From the NCBI RefSeq assembly GCF_001194135.2, contig NC_068983.1:111178494-111242493 (forward strand): 64,000 bases of DNA. The letters run 5' to 3'. A program made the translations under genes and the position numbers. The notes below the pieces were generated by a model. It saw only the letters and a list, made by a program, of their open reading frames with translations. It had not been told where the DNA came from and did not search any database. Positions within the stretch are counted from its first letter, which is position 1, and the number at the start of each line of letters is the position of its first letter. Source of the stretch: Octopus bimaculoides. Taxonomy: Eukaryota. This document shows, in pieces, positions 48,886 through 62,030 of this stretch.

Positions 48886-51224
48886 ATCTTGGACAGGCCG
48901 TCGGCCCAGGGTAACAGTTTCAATGGACAACATCGAGTGCTTCGTAATGCAGTAGTATACTTTTGCTTCCCACTAGCAAAGTTCATGGTCTACATTATTC
49001 TCAGTAGATTTTTATCAAGCAGGATGCAATTCTTCATAGGGTGACGTTACATGTAACGTTTACCAAGAGACAGCTCTGGAAAAGAGAGATATTCTGTCAA
49101 GAATCTCTCTTTGCAGTTTATTATTTGAGTCATTTTATACTGTATTCATAAACGTTGAAACACATACAAACTTTCATGCGTATTCACATATGTTTGCGTA
49201 TATATTTTTCAAACTTAGAAATTAAAGTTTCGTGTGTACATACAACAAATTTGCCTCTCGTGTGACAGAGACAACTTTGGTTGACAGCCGAATTTTACGC
49301 CAATTCTTTGTATCATATGTTTAACACCTGTATATTCTCCTCGCAAATGTATCAATTTGTAAACATTCAAGCGGAGCCCCTTCAGTTTTTAAGTCATTTT
49401 TCTATTCCTATAACTATAATAAAAATAAAGTGTATGAGGAAGAAACGGATAGTTTTAATATTTCAGAATAAACTCTCTAAAATGCTCTAACAGACAACAA
49501 GCCATTAGAATGTAGCGCGGCCACATTAATAGTGCTTTTTTGTGTAAGCACTAAGGTAACAACGCCAATGATGTCAATTGATATCAAGAAAAACATAGGA
49601 GACCTGAAACACGAAACAGCAGCCCTCGCAGTTATTGTTGCAAATTATAAAGAAAATGAAAAGAGGGGAACATTTTAAACTTTAATTCTAAATTCTAAAA
49701 ATAACTATTTTAAAAACATTTCAATATAGTAATTGTAGGGAAAAATTATAGGCAATTGAATTCGCCACCAAATTACTTTAGCAACATGGAAAGGAAAATG
49801 TGTGTATTTAATAGCACAGCGATTTGAACTATGTAATCTCTTTCAAATCTCAGCAAATATTTCGGAGAAGCGACTTAACTGTGAAGATAAAAATGAAAAA
49901 CAAACTTGTGTTGTCCATTTAGTTAGAAAGCAACATCAGCAAGCGCATTTAACAAAAATGCACAATCCGTTAAAAACTATCAAAGCATATATTAATGATA
50001 ATCTCATGAAAAACAACAACATATGCATAATTATATGCATACGGCAATAAAAGAGTCTAATGTAAGACAAAAGATGGGCAACATAAATTTTTCGAACGTA
50101 ATAATGGATATCGAATAAAAATTAATCGAATAACGATATCTAAGCACGGAAACATAAAATGAAAAATTCTAGGGGAATAAGAAAACGATAAAACTCTATT
50201 ACAGACCATATATCAATAGAATGTAACGTGACCACAATAATAGTGATTTTAGAACTAGTGCTATAGTAACAACACCAGTGATATCAATTAATATCATGAA
50301 CAACATCCAGTACGAAAAAGAAAAGAAAAACAGAATAACAGTAGTCAGAGAAATTATTATAGCAAAAATGTGTTTGAAACTTAAAGAAATAACGTTTATG
50401 CAAGTTCAAAATAGGACACAACCTAGATATAATAAGATATCAAAATTATAACATTAAAAAAGGTAGTTATTGATACACACCGGAATTAACACAAAGATTA
50501 AAAGTGACATAAAAATAGCTGTTAATAATCAATTAATTTACCAGAGCGATTCCTGAAAACGATTGCAATGAAATCAATAAAACCACAATAAAAGCAAAAA
50601 ATAAAGTAAAAAATTATATACAGACTAACAACGGTATAAAAGTCAGAACAATACGTGGCCTCTAGTACGGTACAAATATTGCAGTCAAAGATGGACATCG
50701 GGGTTAAAGAACGAAATAAGATATTACTCAGTAAAAAGAGAGTTGAAAAAAAATAATGATAATGATATTGTACGAAAATAAAATTGTTTAGGAAAAAAGA
50801 TAATAAAGAGATTTAAATAACAAAACCACTAAAGAAAGAATACTAATCGGAAAAAAAATTTGAATTTCGTAGAAAGAGACGTGAGTAAAAAAGATCATAA
50901 ATCAAAATAATGAAAGAATTGAAACCAAATATATCATATACAGCAACAATCAATGATAAACATCACATCAGAGATATTGAGGCTGACAGAAACAGATATA
51001 ACAGAAACTGGATACGATATTCTATTATAAAGAGGTCGTTCTGTGTTCATTTGACCAACAAGAAACAACAGGTAAATTTCTCCTAGATATCTCTCTACGG
51101 TGTTGAGCAAGCAGATACCTAAGGCTCTTTTCAGGTTTTAGTTAAACAATAGTTTTTTGTGTATTCCAGTCACTAGATTGTGAACGTATTGGGACAGCGC
51201 CTCATATTTACTCCTTAGAAGTTC

Positions 51225-51610
51225 GGAATGAAATGTCTTTCGGTATTACCTCAGGTCGTTCTGAGTTCAACTCTTTACCGTGCTTACCTATGCCTTCCGT
51301 CCTCTCGATCCCGATAAATATATAGTACTGCAAAAGTGCTGGGTTCCATTAATCACCTTACCCCTCCCTCAAAATTGTTAGCCTCTTGTCTAAATTAGAA
51401 GCAAATACTATTATTAAGGTAGCAAGCTGGCAGAATCGTTAGAATGTCTGGCGAAATGTCTAGCGGCATTTCATCCGTTTTCATGTTCTGAGTTCAAATG
51501 TCGACTTTGCCTTTCATCCTTTCGGAGTCGAAAAATTAAGTACCAAATGAGCATTGGGATCGATGTGATCAATATAACCAAATCCCCAAATTAGTGCTAG
51601 AATTTGAAAC
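51225..51610 (+). mobile_element. Two OR-like SINE copies
   Basis: gttctgagttcaa B-boxes; gtcgactttgcctttcatcctttcggagtcga body. Confidence 0.75.
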
Positions 51611-52364
51611 CGTTATTAAAATTACCAAAGAGAGAAGTTTTACTGTGTTGTTGAATATTCTAGAAAACGCATGCGAATCTTCATGAAATCCCATTCTACT
51701 ACAGAATAAGTGAAATAATAATAGACACTATTTGTCTAAAAATAAGACCGATTGATCATGAGGGATCACCTTTGATCATAGGAATGTTCCATTAGTTCTT
51801 ACCTAGTGCTACAAAACAACAATGTGCAACATATCTTCTTAATAGAAAAACTGGGCGCTGGCAACCTCTACTACTACAGTGTTATAATATGCATGCCAAA
51901 AAGAAAAAAGAATTCGATAATATAAAATAAAGAAAATACGTAGTACTTCGTCTTTAGTATTCAATATCAATTAAATAATTCAAAGTTGTGAGAGTTTCAA
52001 AAATAGACCCAGAATCTAAATTCTTAAAAAATCATTCCCATGACATCATCTAAAATATCTAATTTGCAAATATATCTTAAATATACAAAATTTTACACAA
52101 CTGAATTAGAAGTAGAAGCATTTCTCTATAAAATCTTCAGATAAAGTTTACTCCAGAAAAAGAAACCAAAGACGTTTTGTACAATTAATAGTAAAACTCA
52201 TTAAAAAGTAAAAGATATGTTCAACCCAAAAAGAAACTAAAACTTATTTTGCAAAAACAAACACATTAAGTTTACATACATAAACAAAAAGGAAAACACA
52301 AAGTATCTATATATGGAAACATACACATGAGATTCTAAAAATGAACTTGGAAACAAAAAAAGTA

Positions 52365-53012
52365 GGATCTAGTTCAAAACGGGGGCGCCAGTATTTTCTT
52401 AACGAAACACTTTGAAACTTGGGACACTGGTAGAATGTGTCATATAAAACATCTTTTTCTCTTAGTCTTCTTAAGAAAAATTATTATATTGCAAATTATT
52501 TCATGTTAAAGTTGTCGTATTTCTGTAATTTCAACCAATGACTGACGTCCATTCAGCCGAATACAGTAAGTGCTGACTACGTAAACAAACGATTCTCAAA
52601 CGATTCTGGCGGTGATAAAATTATTATTTCCTTGTCAAAAAATGGCTGAAGCATATTGGCAGTAGCTAATAAACCTTTCTATTATAGGCACAAGGCCTGG
52701 TTAGGGTTAGGGTTAGGGTTAGGGTTACGTGTGTTACCTCTCTGCAAAATGTCAGGAGTAATGGAGATTAAATACGCTTTACACCACTTAAACTGCCAAA
52801 GGAGTAACTGTAAACAGCTGAATACTTGTCCGTGATTGGTTGAAATTATCGAAATAAGACAATTTTTTACATGAAATAACTTCGAATACAAAAATTCTTT
52901 TCTGTTCTATAACACAAAATAGATAAGTATACGAAGTTTGAAAGTCTTTCGGTACCAAAAATACTACATAAAACATAAATGAAGACTGGTGCCCCCGTTT
53001 TGAACTAGATCC
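52365..53012. mobile_element. 648-bp non-autonomous DNA transposon with 28-bp TIRs and 8-bp TSD (Merlin- or hAT-like)
   Basis: TIR ggatctagttcaaaacgggggcgccagt (52365-52392) vs 52985-53012, 27/28; TSD aaaaagta at 52357-52364 and 53013-53020. Confidence 0.88.
52699..52727 (+). repeat. Interstitial telomeric repeat GG(TTAGGG)4TTA
   Basis: Direct reading. Confidence 0.95.
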
Positions 53013-53395
53013 AAAAAGTATGCTAAATTGTAATGTAAATGATACATAAGCATTGAAATTTCGTTCAACAAAATTATCAACCAAATAAACAAAATCTATT
53101 GTCAGGATTAGTAAAATATTATCTGACTTAAAAATTCACGTCTTAACAAGATGTAGGATATTTTTTTAATTGCACATACACGCCCAGTTTCAACTCAATA
53201 AAACATAGCTAAAATAGAGCATTAAAGAGCAGCTTAAGCTACTTAGTATCTGGTTGACAGATTATAAGGAATTGAGAATACATCTATAGTCGTAATAGGA
53301 TAGTAAGCTTTCTTTATTTCGAAATATGCGACGAAATTGATATTGTAATGGAAAAAATAAAAAGTGACCATATATATATATATATATATACATAT

Positions 53396-53460
<65 letters not shown>

Positions 53461-54194
53461 CTATAAGAGATTATAAGGAAATGTAAAGACATTGCGATTT
53501 TAGGATGTTCAAACAGACGCGTATAAAACAAGAGAAACAAAAATGAGAAGAAGAAAGAAATAATGGTTATTATCATTATGATGTTGATGAAAGTAAAAAA
53601 TGACATCGAGGACCATGCTCAAGATAAAGCTAGACAAGAAAAGGAAGATATACGAACATCTCTTAAAGCCATTTTAATATATTCAAACGATATAATCTCC
53701 AATACATACAACTGATATTATTGTTAAAATGAATACTTTTTGTTAGTCAAAATGAAAGGAATTAGAAACACAGTAATATTATAGAAAATGCAGGGAAAAC
53801 GATATATAAAGGAATTGTGCTGTACGAATAAGTGATATCATGTGTTTACATAAAAAAAATTCCAGCTATCTAAACTTTCCAGGTTTCTTTTATTTCTAGC
53901 CTAAAAGTTATGATAATGTCTTCTCCAAAAAAAAAGCAAAAAAGAAAAGAAAAAGATCGTGTTAAGTTCCAGAATTAGGGAGGAAAGCGCAGTCAATAAA
54001 ATTGACCCTTTACATCAGAGGTAGTTTTTTTATTGACTCTGGAAATTTGAATATCAAAGTCAACCATAACAATAATTGGATTCAGAACCAAAAGTGATGC
54101 AGATATGAGTCACCTGATTTCCTACCCCATGAAGCTCTCTAAGTGATTATGAAGATGATGATGACGATTATGATTCTTTATACTATAAGTACAA

Positions 54195-54684
<490 letters not shown>

Positions 54685-54749
54685 TTCTTTATCAAAAAAT
54701 AAGACTCCGCAAAACAAAAACACCTAACGTTTCAGAAAGAATGCATAAT

Positions 54750-57700
54750 TCCCCAGATGAGGAAGACTTCCGAGGACTACTCATGGAATCCACATAAAAA
54801 CACGGCCACAATGTCAACTATGACAAGTGCCCTCTCCCTGTTGTCTTCTTTCAGTCTACAGGTGCATTCTCAGTGTAAGTCAATTCACTCCTCCCATGCT
54901 CGTTGCTTTCAACAACCTTTCAAAAGATCAGCACAATTAAAACTCGAGAAAGTTGAGGAATGCTTATACAAACTAAAAAATGTCTACCTTCAACTCTTTC
55001 AATCTTGTCCACCACAAAACCTCTTCCATTGCGGCTATCAGACAAAAACATATTGCCCATATTCCTAGTAAAAGGAAGGTGATACGACTATATTCACAAA
55101 CATTCAGTTGATAGCTAGATACGCCCTACACGTGAACGCATGTGTTCGATATGACCCCACAAGTTAGCTATATCCGGGCACAGGACGAATGCATGCCGAA
55201 CGTATTCGTCGTTCCATGCGCATTTCAATGCATTGTTTAGCCGTCGGCACTTTTGTGCCTGTGGTGTCTATCACCACCCTCCAGCCTAATAGTACTGTTA
55301 AGCCAAAGATTTTTGGAAGTCATCCATGATCCTCAGCACGAAAGACCTCTGGAACAGGCCATTTGACGTTCCTCAATCTACGCTTGATCCAGGACTGCTA
55401 CTCCGCCAAACACATGCTGCAGATGTCACAACATGTCTTCATATCATCAGCCACAGCTTGCTCAATCTTCATTCCGCTGCTGATGGCAGTAAAATGAGCA
55501 TCTGACAAGTGGAAAGCGTCCTTCCCACAGAAAGCAGAAGAACATGTGCTTTAGTCCTGTTAGATGTGAAGTGGAGTAAATCAGGTGGTAATATATTACG
55601 GAGTCGATGTAAGCATTCATCATCTCTGCCCGAACTTTTAGGGATAGCCTTCACTCAGCCCATTGAGTGAGATTGACTACCCTTCTCGCTTCCTCGTTCT
55701 TCTCCACCTGGAGACCTCGACCAAACCAAACCTCAAGCAATTTTAGCGATTCGTCCATCTATCGTCCTACAACGCTATTCGACGGCATGGGCATACCTCT
55801 GTAGGAGCCGAGCAGCCCCACTGTTTTTCCGTTGTTGAGTTTTGCTCTTGTCAGCGTCTCCTAGTTCCTCATACTATTGTCGATTGCAACGATGTGCTTG
55901 ATGTCCAAAACTATCACAGTAACGATAGTTATTGCGTATGCTGGCACTGTTCTTCTACTTCGTAGTTCACGCGAATGTCCTTCCAGTTTTGGTTTTAGTA
56001 TTGGTAAATACAGAAAAGACAAGAAGGGATAAACCTGACGAGCTGTGCATATGACATTAGATAGTTTTGATTGAAAAGCACTCACACAAACCATTGAGCA
56101 GTTGTCTCGTGCATTCTGGTGATTCAACTGTAAAATATGGCACTGAGTCCGACAGCTGCCAACCATTCGTGGTCGAATCAACGGAAGACTTTCGGTAGCT
56201 CTACATTTATTAGTGCCCTGTCGATGCCAGATTTCTTACCCACCCTCTGTATGGTGTTTCACATGAGGTAGATGTTTTTGTGGATAAATCTCTTTGCGGA
56301 AACGCATGTTTGTGCATAACTAATCAGACCATTGACAAATGCTAACCTCTTGCAAGCACCTTAACCAAAACCTTGAAACTTTCGATCAGGATATTTACGG
56401 GACTAAATTTGTCTAAGTGATCCTCCTTCTTAAAGCCTTTCTCATTAATGCCACTGCTACTCGACTTACTGGACTAGTGTTTCTTCTATTCTGCTGCCAC
56501 TTGCAGTAGACTTTGGTTAAAACGTCTCCAAACAAGTCTGGCATGTAAAAGTATAGCTTGTAGGGCAGTCGACACCAGGTTATTTTTTCATCGTACAACT
56601 GACCACTTCTATCCGAAATTCTGCAGCTGTTATATGACTTTTTACAACAGTACGCTTACCTTCCTGAGCAGTATGACAGGCCTTCGAGGTAGATGTTGAC
56701 GTCTATTTTGAGATGTGGGCCGTCACTCGTCCTGAACAGCTGGGCGAAATGCTGCAGAAAAGAGTAACAAATCCCGGGTTCGAGTACCAGGCTACCATCA
56801 TGGCCTGTCAAAGATCAATCTGTGGATGTGTTGACATATTGTACTTCTACCACTATGAGAGCTTTCGTTCCCTCGTGACTTAGAGCGCACACCTTAGCTA
56901 TAACGACACAGATTCCATGCATAGTGTTGGAAAATCAGTCAAGGACCAATCTCGCCACTTGCACGTCGGTTGCGATGCCTTTCCTTAGTGCCTTTTCTAA
57001 ATTTCTAGTAAGGTCTACTTCTATTCTATTTTGTAGCTATTTTCTAATTGAACTTTAATGATTCTACTTTAATTGCATTTTTCAGTGTGTGCCACCATTT
57101 TTTGCTACTGTCAACACCTATCAATTATTTCGCTACTCCAGTCCCCGTAAGCTTGGTGTGCCACGAGAAATGCGTTCAAATTCCAGTAATCCGGTCCCAG
57201 TCTATGCAACCTGTGTAGGCTGTTTTAGCTAATGATAAATCAGTGGTCTGTGTAACCGATGATTTTAAACCGTGGATAATCTACCTTATAATAGTCTACT
57301 GGTCTAAAGATTAGTCTGTCTAGATACGACGTGGATGATCCAGTGCGGTTTCCTATGCTTTAATTTGGCACATTCGGAAAATCTAGTCGGTACCTTCCAA
57401 ACAGTTAGAAATATCTGAGCTGCTTTGTAAGGCTTTTGTATTCACCTTCTTTTATTGGCTAGCTCCTCACAATCCAAAAGTGCATCCAAGATAGTTTTCC
57501 AGTTGGCGGATAGCCCTATAGAGTATGACGTTTTCAGGAGAACCTTCAGACGTCTAAAGAAATTCGGCTGTCGTGGCCCTGTCGGAGCATAAACAGCTAC
57601 TAGTCCATGACAACAAAATTAACCTCAAGATTCGTATTTTGAAACCTTTCCGAAACGACAAAGCAACTCCATCTCCCAATGCCAGTCAGTTTGGAAATAA

Positions 57701-57900
57701 GTAGATCTCGTGGGTACGAATTATGATTAATCAAAAACTGCTGTATCACTGAAGCCATCACATGTATGTTATGTAGTCTGGAGTCGTCTACTTACAAGAC
57801 GACCCCATTTACATGTATCTATACTACCTATTCTGGGGAGAGGCCATTTGGTGGGAAGAGGGATAGATGCACCGTCCACATTAGTTAAATGTGGGTGTTC
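54750..57900 (-). mobile_element. Degenerate Tx1/L1-clade LINE ORF2 (EN-RT-zf)
   Basis: EN: GLVAVYAPTGPRQPNFFRRLKVLL...NWKTILDA (about 57480-57610). RT: KFSPVNILIESFKVLVKVLA (about 56350-56410). Zinc knuckle: CAWNDEYVRHAFVLCPDIANLW (about 55150-55240). Many stops. Confidence 0.8.
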
Positions 57901-58509
57901 CCATAAGTAGTTCCTTATAAAGTCTTTTGCAGATGTAGTTTTTGAAGTCCCCTTTTCTATCGGGGTATTTGTTTTATATGGCGTTGTGTATATTTTATGT
58001 TGTTTTAATGAGGTTTATGTGTATCGGTGTGATGAAATCACTCTGAGAGATGTCTGTACATTGATGTATGTGTTCTATCAGTGCCTTTCAGTTCGTCTTT
58101 ATGGCAGTGAAGTTTATATTTATTTCTTGCTATTGTTTTTGCCTTTTTATGTATGATGGGATTTGATGGCCTTTGTGCTGTTGGCTGTATCTGTTTTGAT
58201 CGTGATTATTTCAATTTTGTGGGGTTGGCGATTCCGTCACCTATATTTTCCCCAATTAATACCGTATTTCTTCTTCTCTTTCTTAGCCGTTTCGTCAATT
58301 CCGTTAGGTTTGTATTCATATTTCGGGAATACAACTTTTGTAGTATTATTGTATTTCGAGAATACAACTTTTCATCGACGATTTCCAATCTCCTTGTTAT
58401 TTGGGGGGTTTTTTTCTCTCTTTTCTCTGACAGTTTCCATTTCATTTAGCTGGAATTACTGTTCCGTGCCTATGGCCAATTCTACACTGGAAGTGGACTT
58501 TTAGGTTTT

Positions 58510-59040
58510 CGGTGCTCTGCTGTGTCGGTTCCTGGTGTACATCATACTTACGATGAAGTAACGATGTTGCGATGGCAACAGAAGCCGTTATCTTCCCGCC
58601 TATCACACTTCAGAGAATTATATGTTGACTCTACTGTCTGTCCTGTCACTACACTCCTCGTCTTTACTTTTACCCTTCTAGAAAGAATACATTGAAGTGC
58701 TTTCGTACGTTTATTTCTTCTGTGTATAGTAAAATGGCATTCTGGCATCCACCAACTTTTTGATTGTACTTCGGTCCACAAATACTCTAGTGGTCTATGG
58801 CAGTTATTATTACCTGAAAATTCATGCACTGATCTCATTAGGGATCTCATAATGTTGTTAATGAATTCTGCGTTCATCTCTGACTCGCACAGTGGAGATA
58901 AGGTGACAAGTGTCTACATCAGCATCAATGCTCCTGGATATGTTCATCATATTTTTTGCCCATATACTGCGACACTAGCATCTGGCCTATATGTAGCTTT
59001 CTTGTCCTGCCTCCCTTCTCATCTTATCCGCAGTTTTAAA
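58510..59040 (-). mobile_element. Possible degenerate gypsy integrase fragment
   Basis: Remnants IWAKNMMN...VDTCHL (HHCC-like), ALQCILSR and HRNIVTSS...GTDTAE in integrase order. Confidence 0.35.
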
Positions 59041-59060
59041 TATTAGACATTATTCTACTT

Positions 59061-59222
59061 CAGTTCTATACTTAAGAGATGAGGAATTATGTACATTATT
59101 TACATTATTTACATCTTGTTTGTTGCTAACATAACGTTTCAGCTGATATACCTTCTAGCCTTCATCAGGTGTCTTGGGGAAATTTCGAACTTGGGTTCTC
59201 ATTCCTAAAGTATTTTTCGATG

Positions 59223-59297
<75 letters not shown>

Positions 59298-59390
59298 TCA
59301 CTGCTTGGAATCGAATTCGGAATCTTGGGGTTAGTAGTCCGCGCTCTTAACCTCTATGCCATATGCCCGTCAAATGTAAATAATGTAAAT
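59061..59390 (-). mobile_element. tRNA-headed, hammerhead-containing short retroelement (SINE-like retrozyme / Penelope-dependent) with 12-bp TSD
   Basis: tRNA-like head 59296-59368 with A and B boxes; (AAT)n; hammerhead 59128-59173; TSD attattctactt at 59049-59060 and 59391-59402; 17-bp inverted repeat 59098-59114 / 59374-59390. Confidence 0.8.
59128..59173 (-). ncRNA. Minimal type I hammerhead ribozyme motif (second copy, slightly decayed)
   Basis: Minus strand GACAC-CTGATGA-A-GGCTA(gaaggtatat)CAGCT-GAAA-CGTT-ATGTT. Confidence 0.65.
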
Positions 59391-60126
59391 ATTATTCTAC
59401 TTGCCATGTCCCAATTCAAAGTACATGTGCTTCATGCATTGATCGCGGCTCCTGATTTCTCTTTCTATGATATATGGAACTCTAGGTCAAGAAACTAAGC
59501 TTTCATACTTGCAACATATCTTGTTCATGTTTTTTCCATACGCAGATTGCTCATACCCAGTATATTCCTATCCTGATAATAATGGCAAAAATGCTTTTGT
59601 AGTCGTCCTTTTTGATGGTGACGATTTAGTTACCGTTTCTACTCCTTTTATTATTTAAATTAAAGTTTTCAACACTTTTTCGTTTTTAATATGCAGCTAT
59701 AATTGTGCTTGATTCTGTTTGGTTTGTTTTGCTGTCATATTTGTCTAAGGTGTTTTAAAGCGGTTTCATTCATCTTTTGTTTTTAAATTAGGAAATGTTA
59801 AATGTTTTCACTATTGAGGCAACTACAACTTTTTCTGATGAGTATCTTCTGCAAGCATTAATGTGCCTTTAAGTATAAACAACAATGCAAATGGGCACTT
59901 TCCAGAAATCGCTTTGAAAGAAAATAAAACAAACGACCAGCATTTCATGAACTGCATATGAGGCATACATTAATTAATCCAAAAGGTTTTTGTTAACATT
60001 CTAAAGTGGAAAGAACATGCACCAAAAAATTTGTCAATCGAGAATTCCCTTAAAAATCCTTTTTTAATAGGTACTCTGCAAAAGACTCCTTTCATTTCCA
60101 CAACAGATAATAATAATAAAAAAGAA

Positions 60127-60127
60127 A

Positions 60128-60204
<77 letters not shown>

Positions 60205-60230
60205 TTATAATAATCATAATAATAATAACA
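60127..60230. repeat. (AAT)n microsatellite
   Basis: Direct reading. Confidence 0.95.
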
Positions 60231-60599
60231 GGAAATATTAACTGAAAGCGAATATGAAGAAGATTTAATAATAGAAAATCCTTAAGTTTAATATCATAAA
60301 CAAGGCGATTTAAATGCGGAAATAATTAAAGAATTTAAAACAATAGATCCTATGGATCTTACGAAAGCACTTACAAAGAATATTGGTGAACGATAAGATA
60401 GTAAACACAATAAAAATGCAAACTTGGCCAGCAAAGTTTTAATGAATACAAACAAGTATTTCAATATCACTAGATATTGAAACAAAATATATGCTGCAGC
60501 AGCCACCGTTCTAACAAGGAATATTGGGTACTGGTGCAGATCTTCTCACATACGAATTTCATTCAAGAAAACCACATAGAAAACATATATTCAGGAAAC

Positions 60600-61060
60600 G
60601 ATAGAAAATGAACGAAAAAGATCTCTGAATCCTAAATGAAATTAATAGTTAAATGACACGACTGAGAAAAAAGATAACACAAATACTTCTGAACAAAACA
60701 GCAAATAGAGATCTGAGATCAAAGAACGCTTAAAAGCAAATACTGAAAAAGAGATTCTTTGTTTTATCTCCTATAATTATCCAACGAATTACGAGTACCA
60801 TAAAATTTTCAACAGAAATTAGATTAAGGTGAGCTAATCTCTTTGTAAAAACTGATAGTTCCATCAGAAATTACAATGGCAAACGGATCTTTCATCCAAT
60901 TAATTGAAATCTTCCATCTATCTGTAACTGTCATTCGGGAAAAATTGTCCTTTGCATCGTAATTCTATAGCAAAGTCATTCCTATATTGCAATAAGATAC
61001 ACCTGGACTACAATTCTAAACTAAAATATTACATTGAATTGACTTGATAAATCTTGTATT
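60600..61060 (+). mobile_element. Degenerate Penelope RT-thumb / GIY-YIG fragment
   Basis: KIFNRN*IKVS*S and CNCHSGKNCPLH...FLY...KYYIELT (CNC...CPL...VIY...YIG pattern). Confidence 0.6.
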
Positions 61061-61499
61061 TATCCAGGCACGCTTTTTGCCTTTCTTACCTCTACAAAAA
61101 GGCTTTGTCAAAATATATTTGGCATTTGTTAGTGTTTGTATATATAGAAACGTGTGTGTATGCAGCGTTATTCTTAATGAAGGTACATCAGTATTACTAA
61201 AGCATTATTTGATTTCTCTTGAAAAGTTAATTTTCATGTGAGGAATATAAATGTTTTCCACTACATTTATAGTAGTTCGGTTATCAGTGAATGCACCGTC
61301 ATAAAAATAACTACTCATTATGGTTAGTATATTTCAGTATTTACTTGTGTATATGGCAGTTATCAAATTCAGCGTATTAAATAAAGATAGAGGTTTAAGT
61401 GAATATGAAAAGAGATTTATTTCACTTGAAACTATTATATTGTAACGTATTATAGCATCTATAGTTTTGATATTGTTACCGTTGTACTTCAGAATAATA

Positions 61500-62030
61500 T
61501 CACTTTTGCAAAGTGGCTCTGCACTCATTATGCCAGCAATTTCATGTATTGAGACGACGTACATTTTCTCTCGATTGAATTATGCATTCGTCAATGAGAA
61601 TTTGAAATAAAGTTTGGACTTGGTAGCGATTGAAACTACATTTTTGAAAGTGAAGTAATATCAACTGCCATAACTGAAGGAACTTCTTTCCATTCCCCAT
61701 GTATGTATGGTTGGGATCTAACTTCTGCTTGTCTTGTTCTTTGGGCTTTCTATCTGAAGTTCTGCTGTTGTGCCGCGTGTCTGGCAGCAATTTGCTGAAG
61801 GTGAGTTTGCTCGTCATCAGGCGTCTCCAGTTATCTAGTGACAGCTTATCACGTAACATTCTTCTGTCTACGGCGATTGTCACATTCACTATTAGTTTCA
61901 AGTTTTCTGCGTGCTGCATTCCTGGCAGCATTAGCTTATAGTCTCTCTATACATTGTTTATTTGTTTCTACTGCATTCAGTGCACACTTATGTTCGGCAG
62001 CAGATGTTGTATGTGGGGCACATTTTTTCT
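61500..62030 (-). mobile_element. Possible Helitron Rep N-terminal remnant
   Basis: Stop-riddled charged repeats NAARRKLETNSECDNRRRQ...LETPDDEQTHLQQIAARHAAQQQ, typical of Helitron ORF N-termini. Confidence 0.4.

Noticed and set aside
48200-48935. RFX X-box-like motifs (gttgtctgatagcaac, gtttcaatggacaac) suggesting a ciliary gene promoter
   Set aside because: Both deviate from the consensus and no TSS or first exon supports them.
49400-52300. Long A-rich region, possibly an ancient Penelope ORF
   Set aside because: Too degenerate to show any diagnostic motif with confidence.
59296-59368. Genuine tRNA gene (apparent ACT anticodon)
   Set aside because: Acceptor and anticodon stems are mismatched, and it is embedded in a TSD-flanked repeat; it is treated as a SINE head. 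The same applies to the other A/B-box heads.
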